This document shows, piece by piece, positions 1-9,665 of a DNA stretch of 64,000 nt. The notes beneath the pieces were generated by a model. It saw nothing but the letters and a program-made list of their open reading frames with translations, was not told the DNA's origin and searched no databases. Origin of the DNA: Syntrophorhabdaceae bacterium (GTDB lineage: Bacteria > Desulfobacterota > Syntrophorhabdia > Syntrophorhabdales > Syntrophorhabdaceae); assembly GCA_963665295.1 (NCBI GenBank), contig OY762209.1:3584001-3648000 (forward strand). Direction: 5' to 3'. The position numbers and the translations under genes are program-made. Position 1 is the stretch's first letter; each line of letters opens with the position of its first letter.

Positions 1-1
1 G

Positions 2-964
2 GTGCCTCAGTTGATCGGGATGTACCGTGGGGACCGGGCGAGAAAGACCACGCTGGTGGAGTATGGGTTCCGTCTGCCCTCAGCCCTTGATAACAGGCCG
101 CTTATGTTCGAGGAATTCGAGTCGAGGACGAAACAGGTGGTGTACACATCCGCGACTCCGGCGCGATATGAGATGGAAAGGTCACGGGGCCATGTGGTGG
201 AACAGATCATTCGTCCCACCGGTCTTATGGACCCGTTGATTGAGTTGAAGCCCGCGGCGAACCAGGTCGATACGTTGCTTGCGGAGATAAGGAAGGTCGT
301 AGGCAATAAAGAGCGGGTACTTGTGACGACTCTGACGAAACGTTTTGCGGAGGATCTGACGGACTACCTCCTGGACAAAGGCGTGAGAACGAAATATCTG
401 CACTCGGATGTGGATACCCTCGAACGCATCGCGATCGTGAGAGACCTGAGGATGGGGAAGTTCGACGTCCTTGTGGGTGTGAACCTTCTGAGAGAGGGGT
501 TGGATTTGCCGGAGGTCTCCCTTGTAGCCATTCTCGATGCGGACAAGGAAGGTTTTCTCCGTTCGGAAACGTCGCTCATTCAGACCTGCGGGCGGGCTGC
601 GAGGAATTTGAACGGAAGGGTTCTCATGTTTGCGGACAAGGTGACAGAGTCCATGGAGCGGGCGATAAGCGAGACGAACCGGCGGCGGAAGGCGCAGTTG
701 GAGTATAATGAGAAAAACGGGATAACCCCTGAAGGGATCAAGAAAGGGGTCGTGGACATATTGTCCTCCATTTACGAAAAAGACTACTATACTGTGCCTA
801 CCGACGAACTGGATGAAAAGGGGATCGAGCCGAAGAAGCTGTCGAAGATGGTGAAGAAGCTCAGGAAGGAGATCGGAGAGGCATCAAAGAGATGGGACTT
901 CGAGAAAGCCGCCCAATTGCGAGACAGGTTGCTGAAACTCGAGCAGATGGAATTGACCCTGTGA
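2..964 (+). CDS. uvrB: Excinuclease ABC subunit B, C-terminal part (5' truncated by window edge)
   Basis: [55 protein letters not shown]-terminal UVR domain (FEKAAQLRD). Confidence 0.97.
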   Translation: MPQLIGMYRGDRARKTTLVEYGFRLPSALDNRPLMFEEFESRTKQVVYTSATPARYEMERSRGHVVEQIIRPTGLMDPLIELKPAANQVDTLLAEIRKVVGNKERVLVTTLTKRFAEDLTDYLLDKGVRTKYLHSDVDTLERIAIVRDLRMGKFDVLVGVNLLREGLDLPEVSLVAILDADKEGFLRSETSLIQTCGRAARNLNGRVLMFADKVTESMERAISETNRRRKAQLEYNEKNGITPEGIKKGVVDILSSIYEKDYYTVPTDELDEKGIEPKKLSKMVKKLRKEIGEASKRWDFEKAAQLRDRLLKLEQMELTL

Positions 965-1024
965 GGCATATGGAGGGGAACTTGGGCCGCTTGGCCCAAC
1001 ATACGCGACGCTTGGTATTATTTG

Positions 1025-2635
1025 ATGGATGAATCGATTATAGATAACCTTCCCGAGTCCTCGGGCGTGTATGTCTTTAGGAACAAAGATCAGCACATTG
1101 TTTACATCGGAAAGGCGAAGAATATAAGGGACAGGGTAAGGAGTTATTTCCGCGAGAGCGGGAGGACCTTGAAGACGGAACGTCTTGCGGGGACTATAGA
1201 ACATGTTGACGTAGTACTTACAGATAACGAAAAAGAAGCCTTTCTTCTCGAAAATAACCTCATCAAGGAACATACCCCCAAGTACAACGTAGTCCTGAAG
1301 GATGATAAGACTTATGTTTCCCTGAAACTCACCTGTCACGAACGATTTCCTGCTTTACAGGTGACCCGCAAGATCGAACCGGACGGCGCATTGTATTTCG
1401 GTCCTTATCCTCATGCGAAGGACGTGAGGGATGTTCTGAAGCTTGTTCAGACCCTGTACCCCGTGAGGAGATGCAGAGACACGGTGTTCCGGAAAAGAAA
1501 AAGGGCCTGCATGCTCTTCGAACTAGGGAAATGCCTCGGTCCCTGCACGGGGAGCGTGAGCGAGGAGGTTTATAAGGAGATCGTGGGTGAACTGAAGGAC
1601 TTTTTGTCGGGCCGGGACGAAAAGGTCTTGAAGGGGCTGGAAGAGCGCATAGGGCGGGCTGCGGCGTCGTGGAATTTTGAAGAGGCCGGGATGCTGAAGG
1701 AACGGTATCAGGCGATCAAGGGGATGATCGAAAAACAGAACGTTCACCAACATTTCGGCAAGAACAGGGATGTGTGGGGCTTTATACAGGAGGGAGAAGG
1801 TTTCAGGACGGCCTTGTTAAATTTCAGGAAGGGACTTCTTATCTCAAAAAGGTCTTTCCCTCAGCAGCCCGTGGTTACTGGAATGAAGGATGCCCTTTTG
1901 TCTTTTCTTTTTCAGTATTATAGTTCGAGGCCTGTCCCCGACGAGGTGATCCTTTCGGAGGAGATAGAGGATGTGCCATATATGGAAAAGTACCTGAGAG
2001 AAAGGAAGGCGGCGCCCGTCAGGGTCTACGGGCCCACGGACCGGTTTTCCCAGGAAATGATATCTCTCGCAGTCGAAAACCTCCATGAGCCGGAACCCGT
2101 GAGGTATGAACTGGCATTCTTGAAAACCCTCCACCTGAAAAAGGAGCCTTGCAGGATCGAAATATATGACATTTCTCACACAGGAGGAAGAAACCCCTCG
2201 GGGGCAATGGTGGTGTTCGAAGGGTTCAAACCGAAGAAGAGTGCGTACCGGGTCTTCCATATCCGTGAGGCGCCGAGCCTGGACGATGTGGCCATGATGA
2301 GTGAAGTGATAGAGCGGAGAATGAGAGATGACAGCCTGGGCGCCCGGCCCGATCTGATGATAATCGACGGGGGAAAAGGCCATCTCCACGCGGTAAGCAG
2401 GCTGCTCGCATCTTTAGGCGTTGACGTAGACGTAATAGGTATTGCGAAGGGCCAGAGGAGAAAAAGGATGGAGGACCTGATCTATCTGCCTCTGAGAAAG
2501 AATCCGCTCCTCATCCCGAAAAATTCGCCCGTCTTCAAAGAGATCGTGAAGATGAGAGACGAGGCGCACAGATTTGCCATATCATCTCACAAAAAGTGGA
2601 AGAGCAAGGAAGACCTCGCATCCGGCGTGCGCTGA
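1025..2635 (+). CDS. uvrC: Excinuclease ABC subunit C (no C-terminal HhH domain visible)
   Basis: GIY-YIG (GVYVF..YIGKAKNIRDRVRSYF), Cys-rich region, UVR domain, RNaseH-like domain (IEIYDISH, IIDGGKGH, RDEAHRFA); follows uvrB. Confidence 0.95.
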   Translation: MDESIIDNLPESSGVYVFRNKDQHIVYIGKAKNIRDRVRSYFRESGRTLKTERLAGTIEHVDVVLTDNEKEAFLLENNLIKEHTPKYNVVLKDDKTYVSLKLTCHERFPALQVTRKIEPDGALYFGPYPHAKDVRDVLKLVQTLYPVRRCRDTVFRKRKRACMLFELGKCLGPCTGSVSEEVYKEIVGELKDFLSGRDEKVLKGLEERIGRAAASWNFEEAGMLKERYQAIKGMIEKQNVHQHFGKNRDVWGFIQEGEGFRTALLNFRKGLLISKRSFPQQPVVTGMKDALLSFLFQYYSSRPVPDEVILSEEIEDVPYMEKYLRERKAAPVRVYGPTDRFSQEMISLAVENLHEPEPVRYELAFLKTLHLKKEPCRIEIYDISHTGGRNPSGAMVVFEGFKPKKSAYRVFHIREAPSLDDVAMMSEVIERRMRDDSLGARPDLMIIDGGKGHLHAVSRLLASLGVDVDVIGIAKGQRRKRMEDLIYLPLRKNPLLIPKNSPVFKEIVKMRDEAHRFAISSHKKWKSKEDLASGVR

Positions 2636-2800
2636 GCGGTATCCCCTCGAAATCACGCTGTAACCTTGCTCAGTACCGTTCCTTGAAGGACGAGGTGGTG
2701 ACCTTTTTTTGGTTTCTTTCGCGCCACGGTTGTTGTAGATTATGTCGGGAAGGGCGAAAGGGCCGGTCAGAAGCGGGAAGGAACCGGGAGGGCCGGAGCC

Positions 2801-3634
2801 ATGAAGGGGTTCCCGAAAAATCAGGAGAAACCGGGAGGAAAGAAGATGAGACGTGGAAGAACGCGGCTTTGCAGCTTCTTTGTGTCCGCTGTACTGGTGG
2901 CGTCGTCGTTTATGGCGGCCGGCGCTTTAGGCGAGAGGTGTTCGGCGGAAGCGTTGCCTCCCGGATTTACGGATATAGTACGGGTAGTACCTTCGGTTCC
3001 CCTCGATATCAGATATTTCGGAGCACACAACTTTGTAGGAGAGAGAATAGACGGCTATAACGCGCCGAAATGCATCCTCACGAAGAAGGCCGCGGAGGCG
3101 CTCTCTAAGGTGCAACGCGACTTGGCGGAATTTTCACTATCTCTCAAGATCTATGATTGTTACCGGCCCCAGAGGGGGGTGGACCATTTTGTGAGATGGG
3201 CCTCCGATATAGGCGACACAAAGACGAAAAAGGAGTTCTACCCTCATGTGGACAAGAAGAACCTCTTCAAAGACGGTTATATTGCGCGCAGATCGGGCCA
3301 TAGCAGGGGGAGTACTGTGGATCTTACGATAGTGCCTCTGCCTGTTCCGGAGCAGGAGAAATATGTTCCCGGGCAGAAACTGATGGAATGTTATCTGCCT
3401 GCCCAAATGCGTTTCAAGGATAACAGCGTGGATATGGGGACGGGTTTTGACTGTTTTGATGAGCGCGCTCATCCGATGAACAACCGCGTGGGCCCGGAAC
3501 AGAGGATGGGCAGGCTCTTACTTAAACTGCTAATGGAAAAGCATGGTTTCCAGGGATACGACAAGGAATGGTGGCACTTTACTTTGAATGCGGAGCCGTT
3601 CCCCGATACTTTTTTTGATTTTCCGGTGGAATGA
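2801..3634 (+). CDS. ddpX: D-alanyl-D-alanine dipeptidase (peptidase M15D, VanX/DdpX family), N-terminal signal/TM segment
   Basis: IYDCYRPQR, SGHSRGSTVDLT, DMGTGFDCF and EWWHF motifs; exact start uncertain. Confidence 0.88.
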   Translation: MKGFPKNQEKPGGKKMRRGRTRLCSFFVSAVLVASSFMAAGALGERCSAEALPPGFTDIVRVVPSVPLDIRYFGAHNFVGERIDGYNAPKCILTKKAAEALSKVQRDLAEFSLSLKIYDCYRPQRGVDHFVRWASDIGDTKTKKEFYPHVDKKNLFKDGYIARRSGHSRGSTVDLTIVPLPVPEQEKYVPGQKLMECYLPAQMRFKDNSVDMGTGFDCFDERAHPMNNRVGPEQRMGRLLLKLLMEKHGFQGYDKEWWHFTLNAEPFPDTFFDFPVE

Positions 3635-3673
3635 GAGATCAGGGAATATAATACGAACTATTGGAGGCACATT

Positions 3674-4897
3674 ATGATTCGAAAAGATTCACTTCGTCTG
3701 TTGATGGTCGTCTGTGTGTGTTCTGTCTTTTTCTGTTTTGGGAATGGGTCCGCTATCGCGGCGGAGGAAACGGAGTTTACGGTGGGTGGCTTGCTTTCTC
3801 TCACGGGAAATGTGCAAACCCTCGGGAAAAGCAGTAAAGCAGCGATGGAAATCGCGATTTCGGACGCAAACGCTGCGGCCGCCGCCGGTGGCCTTGCGCT
3901 GCGTTTCAAACCAATGATCTATGATACCGCACTTGAGCCGGCCAAAGCAGTTGAAGGATTCAAGATGATGGCCGGGAAAGGTATAAGATTTGTGATCGGT
4001 CCTCAGTCGAGCGCCGAGGTTCAGGCGGTCAAACCGCTGGCCGACTCCAATGGAGTAATTGTAGTGAGTCAGTCGAGTACCGCGCAGAACCTCGCCGTGG
4101 CGGGTGACAACGTTTTTCGGTTCTGCCCTTCCGATGAGCTTGAGGGAGCGGCCGTGGCCACCTTCCTGAGGAGAGACAAGGTGAAGACCGTGGTTCCCGT
4201 GTGGCGTGAGGATGCGGGTAATGAAAGTCTCCGGAAGGCAGTGACAAAGGCGGTAACGGCCGTAGGCGGAAAGGTCCTGGACGGCGTGAAATACCCGTCC
4301 GGTCAACAGGATTTCGCGCCTGTGGTAAAGAACCTCGCAGCGCAAGTCGAGGCTGCAGTGAAACAGTCCGGTGAAGGCTCCGTGGGCGTATATATTACAG
4401 GGTTTGACGAAGTGGCGTCAATCCTTGCCCTGGCTGCGGAAAATCCCCGCCTCGGTACCGTGAAGTGGTATGGAAGTGACGGGACGGCCCTAAGCAAAGC
4501 CTTGGCGGCGAACGTAAAAGCCGCGGCCTTTGCGGAAAAGGTCAGTTATCTCTGCCCTATATTCGGAGTAGAAGAAAACTCCAGAGTTAAGTGGTCCACC
4601 ATCATCTCCAGGGTCGAGGAGCGCGCAGGCGCACAAAGTGATGGATACGCCCTCGCTGCGTATGATGCGGTAAGGGTTGTGGCGCAGACCTATATCGATG
4701 CAGGCGGAAAGGTCGATGATCCGGAGGGTTTAAAGAGGCAGTTTGTCAAAACCGCAAATTCATACCGCGGTGTGACGGGTCGCACCGTGCTGAATGCAGC
4801 GGGTGACAGGAAATACGGGAACTACGATTTTTGGACCCTCCGCAAGACGGGAAGCGTTTATCAGTGGAAACTTGTGGGCAGCTACGAGAGTGAGTGA
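3674..4897 (+). CDS. Periplasmic solute-binding protein, branched-chain amino-acid (type I PBP) family; no adjacent permease genes
   Basis: Signal peptide; VGGLLSLTG, VIGPQSS, NVFRFCPSD, AAYDAV, GVTG..LNAAGDR motifs. Confidence 0.8.
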   Translation: MIRKDSLRLLMVVCVCSVFFCFGNGSAIAAEETEFTVGGLLSLTGNVQTLGKSSKAAMEIAISDANAAAAAGGLALRFKPMIYDTALEPAKAVEGFKMMAGKGIRFVIGPQSSAEVQAVKPLADSNGVIVVSQSSTAQNLAVAGDNVFRFCPSDELEGAAVATFLRRDKVKTVVPVWREDAGNESLRKAVTKAVTAVGGKVLDGVKYPSGQQDFAPVVKNLAAQVEAAVKQSGEGSVGVYITGFDEVASILALAAENPRLGTVKWYGSDGTALSKALAANVKAAAFAEKVSYLCPIFGVEENSRVKWSTIISRVEERAGAQSDGYALAAYDAVRVVAQTYIDAGGKVDDPEGLKRQFVKTANSYRGVTGRTVLNAAGDRKYGNYDFWTLRKTGSVYQWKLVGSYESE

Positions 4898-5004
4898 GCA
4901 AACCGGGACGGGGAGCGGGATATGGAATCCGCCCCTGGGTGAGAGAGTTTCGGGTGGCATGATGGGGGTTTTGACACGGATAAAAGTCCGTCTCCCATAA
5001 GAAT

Positions 5005-5046
5005 AGGGCCTTGCCGGCACAGTTCGCGATGCGGCGGCAAGGCCCT
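5005..5046. terminator. Hairpin between convergent genes, possible bidirectional terminator
   Basis: Perfect 12-bp inverted repeat AGGGCCTTGCCG (5005-5016) / CGGCAAGGCCCT (5035-5046). Confidence 0.5.
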
Positions 5047-5063
5047 GTAACATTAACTTACCG

Positions 5064-5537
5064 TCAATCGATTTTTATCTTGACCTGTTTCTTTTTTGCG
5101 TCCTCGGTCTTGGGCATACGGACCTCGAGGACGCCATCCTTGAACTCTGCTTTCACCTTGTCCTGCCGGATATCGGAAGGCAGACTCATGGTGCGGCAGA
5201 AAGATCCATAGGAACTTTCGTACCTGTAGAAGTTCTTCCTCTCAGTTTTGTGCTCCGCTCTTTTCTCACCCGATATGGTAATGGTATCATCCGTCAGACT
5301 GATGTCAATGTCCTCTTTCTTCATGCCCGGCAGCTCGGCCTTCAGTACCACGTCATTTTCCTCTTCGTAGATATCAATTGCGGGGCTGAACTCTACTTCT
5401 TCTATGGAGAAACGAGGCATCGCTGAAGGAAAAGGTCTGCGGAAGAAGTCTTCGAACCACTTGTCCATGTCCCAACTGACAGGGAACCTCATTGTCGGTT
5501 CGGTCTTCACCAGTTCTCTTGATTCTTTCTTAGCCAT
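5064..5537 (-). CDS. Small heat-shock protein, Hsp20/alpha-crystallin family
   Basis: PAIDIYE..VVLKAELPGMKKEDIDI, YGSFCRTMSLP, AEFKDGVLEVRMPK; GGAGG RBS. Confidence 0.93.
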   Translation of the reverse strand: MAKKESRELVKTEPTMRFPVSWDMDKWFEDFFRRPFPSAMPRFSIEEVEFSPAIDIYEEENDVVLKAELPGMKKEDIDISLTDDTITISGEKRAEHKTERKNFYRYESSYGSFCRTMSLPSDIRQDKVKAEFKDGVLEVRMPKTEDAKKKQVKIKID

Positions 5538-5772
5538 TAAGCACCTCCAAAAGAAAATAGTTGTTCAAATGTCACACTGAAACGTAATCATCCATCTCTC
5601 AGGACGTCAAGACCAGGGCAATAGGCGAATTGTCCGATGATAACGGGCTGGGGAGACTTCAATTGCCGCTTGATCCGTTTTGTGGTAATCTTCAATGAGA
5701 ATAGGCAGTGGGACAGAATGCGAGACGGTTGTGCCGGCGAATGGCACAGAATACCAAACAGAGGGAGCTGGT

Positions 5773-8700
5773 ATGGCCAAAGGGAACAGGGAGAGGGACT
5801 GGAACATAAGAGTGGGGACATCCGGGATTGCCGTCATTGTTCTGACTGTTTTCTTCACCATCGTTTGGGCCGGAGTGGGGTTCGGGAAATCACTCATCCC
5901 GCCGTCGGTGCGCGGGGCGGCTTATGACCCTCTGGACCACTGGCATGCGAGGAGTTCTCCCGCCCAAGGGTATTATTCCATGCATGGTATCGCTCAGAGC
6001 AACGGCATGTTTATCGCTGTAGGCGAACAAGGTACGATCCTCGCCTCAACGGATGGCGTAACGTGGACCAAGAGGTCGTCGGGTACCAGGAACAGGCTTA
6101 ATGACGTGACCTATGGCGGCAATACCTTCATAACAGTCGGGTGGATGGACACGATCCTTGTCTCGGCCGATGGCGTCACGTGGACCGCACAACCGTCGGG
6201 CACAGGTTACGACCTTTACGGAGTCGCTTACGGCAATCATACATTTGTGGCCACGGCGGGATATAAAGGCGTTCTCCTTACCTCCCCTGACGGCCGTATC
6301 TGGACACCTCAATCGTCGGGCAGCGCCTCGGTTCACATCGGCATCGTTTACGCGAATAGCGCCTTTTGGACTGTGGGGACCGATGGGTCCATATTTACCT
6401 CCCCTGACGGCCTTACCTGGACACCTCAATCGTCGGGGACCGAAGCACGCCTTCTCGGCATTGCCTATGGTGACGGCATGTTCGCGGTGGTCGGAGACAT
6501 GGGTACCATTCTCACCTCTCCGGACGGGGCCACATGGGCCGCGCGGGTATCAGGGACCAACCGCAGCCTGAATGGCATTGTGTACGCCGGCGGCATGTTC
6601 GCGGCGGTCGGAGACACGGGTACCATTCTCACCTCCCAAGACGGTGCCACATGGGCCGGGCGGTCATCAGGGACGGATTACAATCTTTACGATATAGGAC
6701 GCGGCAGCTCGACCTTTGTCGCGGTGGGCGCTGCCGGAGCCATCCTCCAATCGGACCCCGCGGGGTTCAGCCTGACGGTCGCAAAGTCAGGCGCCGGTTC
6801 GGGGACTGTAACGAGCTCGCCTTCAGGCTTGGACTGCGGGACTGTTTGTACTGCTGCTTTTGAGGCAGGAGCGGAGGTGACTCTCAGTGCGAACCCCGAG
6901 TCGGGAAGCTCCTTCGGCGGATGGTCGGGGGAATGTTCGGGCACCGGTGAATGTGTGATTACCATGACTGCCGATACGACGGTAATGGCGATCTTCCTGC
7001 CCCCCGGGACCGGGACGCTTACCGTAGGTGGACAAGGGGGTGGTTCCGGCACCATCAGGAGCGCGGACGGGAATATAAGCTGCGGCGCTTTTTGCTCTTA
7101 CACTTATGAGTATGGGTCACAGGTAGTTCTGACTGCCACGGCTGCTTCGGACTCGTTCTTCAACGGGTGGTCGGGCGCGTGCAGCGGGATGGGGGCCTGT
7201 ACACTCACGATGGATATGGATAAGACGGCAACCGCGTTATTCGAGACCTTGAGCCCTGATCCTCTGGATAACTGGTACGTGAGAAGTTTTGAACCAGGAG
7301 AGTACCCCCTTCACGGAATCGTGTATGGAAAGGATAGATTCGTGGCGGTGGGATTTGCGGGCACCATGTTTACTTCGGCTGACGGGAGCTTATGGACCAC
7401 ACGGTCATTGAAGACAGACCAGTATCTTTATGGCATCACCTACGGCAATAATATGTTCGTTGCGGTAGGATGGTCGGATACCATCTTCACTTCCAGGGAC
7501 GGAAATTCCTGGACAAAGAGGTCATCGAAGACAGGCTATGACCTCTATAGCATCGCATACGGCAATAAGACCTTTGTAGCGACTACGGGACATCAGGGAA
7601 CGGTCCTCACCTCTACCGACGGAGCTAAATGGACGAAAAGGTCTTTGGTGACCTACGATGTCTTTATGGCTATCACTTACGCAGACAACCTTTTTGTCGC
7701 AGTGGGGACCAACGGGGCTATTTTTACCTCCCCGGACGGCATCACGTGGACGGCAAAATCATCCGGCACCTCCAATTGGCTCCTGGGTATTACCTACGGC
7801 AACAATATGTTTGTGGCGGTAGGAGAGGCGGGAGTGATCCTTACCTCCCCTGACGGCAGTACATGGTCGGCGGGCAACTCCGGTACCGTCAACGACATAA
7901 ACGGCATCATGTACGGCAACGCCATCTTCGTCGCCGTGGGCAATTCAGGCACGGTACTCATCTCTCAGGACGGCGTAAAATGGGCCGGAAGGTCATCGGG
8001 GACGGAAAACGATCTTTTCAGCGCTGCTTATGGGAACAGCAAGTTTGTGACGGTAGGGTTTCGGGGGTCGATCATCACCTCTTCAGACGGCGCGTCGTGG
8101 ACCGTGCCGCGTTCAGTCAGCGGGATGGTGTCCCTGGCGGATACCATCGTTGCGGTAGGAGACTCCGGCATGATCCTTGTTTCAGGGGGCGGCTCACAAT
8201 GGGCGTGGTTGTCATGGGGAGCAAGCAACCACCTCTACGGTATCGCGTACGGGAACGGATCGTTCGTGGCGGTGGGGGCCTCGGGAGCTGCTCTCAACTC
8301 GACGAATGTAGTGAAATGGACAACGAGAAACTCGGGCGTCAAGACCGATTTGAGAGGCGTCACATACGGCAACAAGATGTTTGTCGCAGTGGGGGCATCC
8401 GGCGTCATCCGTACGTCCGCTCGAGGGGAGTCGTGGTCGAAACGTGCGTCGGGGACGGGCAATCACCTCTATGGCGTCACTTACGGGAATGGAACCTTTG
8501 TCGCAGTGGGGACCTCGGGGGCGGTTGTCACTTCAGTGAACGGAACGAAATGGACGGTGAGAGACTCCGGAACGGAGACCGATTTGAGAGGCGTCACATA
8601 CGGCAACAAGAGGTTCGTCGCAGTGGGGGCTTCCGGCGTCGTCCTGACATCCCCTGACGGAGTCACATGGACCGGACAGTCTTCGGGAACGGAGGCGCTT

Positions 8701-8901
8701 CTCTACGGGATCACCTATGGCCACAGCACCTTCGCGGTATCAGGAAAGGGTGGTGCCATACTGACATCTCCCGACGGCGCCACATGGACTCAGCGGACAT
8801 CTCCGACGAGTGAAGATTTGCTTTGTGTGGCGTCCGGTAACAGCACGTTTGTGGCCGGCGGACACGGAGGGGTAATCCTTCAATCGGACCCCTTGCCTTA
8901 A
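5773..8901 (+). CDS. Large secreted/surface protein: two BNR-like beta-propeller repeat blocks flanking two InlB-B/bacterial-repeat beta-sandwich domains
   Basis: Many ~39-aa repeats (L.GI.YG...FVAVG..G.ILTS.DG.TWT.RSSG); two GSGTVTS..G..CG..C...F.GWSG.C.G...C..TM modules; hydrophobic N-terminus; GAGGGAG RBS before ATG 5773. Confidence 0.8.
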   Translation: MAKGNRERDWNIRVGTSGIAVIVLTVFFTIVWAGVGFGKSLIPPSVRGAAYDPLDHWHARSSPAQGYYSMHGIAQSNGMFIAVGEQGTILASTDGVTWTKRSSGTRNRLNDVTYGGNTFITVGWMDTILVSADGVTWTAQPSGTGYDLYGVAYGNHTFVATAGYKGVLLTSPDGRIWTPQSSGSASVHIGIVYANSAFWTVGTDGSIFTSPDGLTWTPQSSGTEARLLGIAYGDGMFAVVGDMGTILTSPDGATWAARVSGTNRSLNGIVYAGGMFAAVGDTGTILTSQDGATWAGRSSGTDYNLYDIGRGSSTFVAVGAAGAILQSDPAGFSLTVAKSGAGSGTVTSSPSGLDCGTVCTAAFEAGAEVTLSANPESGSSFGGWSGECSGTGECVITMTADTTVMAIFLPPGTGTLTVGGQGGGSGTIRSADGNISCGAFCSYTYEYGSQVVLTATAASDSFFNGWSGACSGMGACTLTMDMDKTATALFETLSPDPLDNWYVRSFEPGEYPLHGIVYGKDRFVAVGFAGTMFTSADGSLWTTRSLKTDQYLYGITYGNNMFVAVGWSDTIFTSRDGNSWTKRSSKTGYDLYSIAYGNKTFVATTGHQGTVLTSTDGAKWTKRSLVTYDVFMAITYADNLFVAVGTNGAIFTSPDGITWTAKSSGTSNWLLGITYGNNMFVAVGEAGVILTSPDGSTWSAGNSGTVNDINGIMYGNAIFVAVGNSGTVLISQDGVKWAGRSSGTENDLFSAAYGNSKFVTVGFRGSIITSSDGASWTVPRSVSGMVSLADTIVAVGDSGMILVSGGGSQWAWLSWGASNHLYGIAYGNGSFVAVGASGAALNSTNVVKWTTRNSGVKTDLRGVTYGNKMFVAVGASGVIRTSARGESWSKRASGTGNHLYGVTYGNGTFVAVGTSGAVVTSVNGTKWTVRDSGTETDLRGVTYGNKRFVAVGASGVVLTSPDGVTWTGQSSGTEALLYGITYGHSTFAVSGKGGAILTSPDGATWTQRTSPTSEDLLCVASGNSTFVAGGHGGVILQSDPLP

Positions 8902-8920
8902 TCCAATGCGGGAACCGGGC

Positions 8921-9156
8921 TCAGGTCCGGTTATTGCGGCGATTGCGAGGCGGTAAATAGAGTTCGCTGTCGATCCGGGAGATACCTTCTTCTTTTGCCA
9001 CGGCGATGGCGGCAAGAACCATTATTGCCCGAAGTGCGATCCAGGCCGCATCTCCTGGGACAGACGGCGCATTCACGGAGCATATCGTAGGCACGGCTGA
9101 TGCGTTCCGGAAACAGGCCTTTTGCATAGGTGTCGAGGTAAGCAGGCTGGAAGCAT
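8921..9156 (-). pseudogene. Internally deleted remnant of a PflX-like radical SAM protein
   Basis: One frame reads FQPAYLDTYAKGLFPERISRAYDMLRECAVCPRRCGLDRTSGNNGSCR (PflX-type N-terminus), joined out of frame at ~9010 to AAIAVAKEEGISRIDS (C-terminus-like). Confidence 0.65.
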
Positions 9157-9245
9157 TGTCTGCTTAAAGGCTTTCCGTCAATGATGAGGTGTCTTTGTCC
9201 GGGGCGGAAGGGGTGATCTTTGTGAATGGGGCTTCCCGCGCCATC

Positions 9246-9542
9246 TCAGTGGGAACTTTCGCTTTCCTGGATTTCTATCTGAAGAGCCTTGCCTTCCACT
9301 ATCGCCTCCGCGACCTTACGCCGGGCGGAACCAAGAATTCTTCCGAAGGTGGGCCGGGAGACGCCCATCTTTTTCGCTGCTTCTTCATGGTAAAGACCCT
9401 GATGGTCGGCGAGGTTGATGGCTTCGAACTCATCAGGAGAGAGGGTTACTTCGTCGAGTTCCGTAATAGGGATGCCTCTCGGCTTAAAATACACCGCATT
9501 CGGGCTGCCTACGACACACCTGCATTTTTTTGGCCGAGCCAT
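9246..9542 (-). CDS. DUF134 family putative DNA-binding (HTH) protein
   Basis: MARPKKCRCV...FKPRGIP..L.EV.L..DEFEAI.LAD..GL..EEAA..MGVSRPTF.RIL.SAR.KVA.A...GK.L.IE. Confidence 0.92.
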   Translation of the reverse strand: MARPKKCRCVVGSPNAVYFKPRGIPITELDEVTLSPDEFEAINLADHQGLYHEEAAKKMGVSRPTFGRILGSARRKVAEAIVEGKALQIEIQESESSH

Positions 9543-9547
9543 ACGTT

Positions 9548-9576
9548 ATGGTAAACATATGTCTGATGCAAGTCAA
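9548..9576 (-). promoter_or_regulatory. Sigma70-type promoter of the DUF134 gene with an internal palindrome
   Basis: TTGACT-17 bp-TACCAT ending 5 nt before the ATG; spacer contains palindrome ACATATGT (9555-9562). Confidence 0.55.
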
Positions 9577-9665
9577 GATCAAATGCCCGGAAAGAGCGCG
9601 TCCCCTGCCCGTGTGCCGTAGAGGCCCGAATCACCTCTGTTTCTCCTGCCCGGGGGAACTTGGAG

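Noticed and set aside
5773..8901. Periodic repeats as a CRISPR array
   Set aside because: They are degenerate in-frame protein repeats, not constant repeats with unique spacers; no cas genes in the window
9246..9248. DUF134 TGA is in frame with the downstream PflX-like fragment, suggesting Sec read-through
   Set aside because: The position is not a conserved Cys, DUF134 is complete before it and no convincing SECIS follows; frame agreement has a 1-in-3 chance
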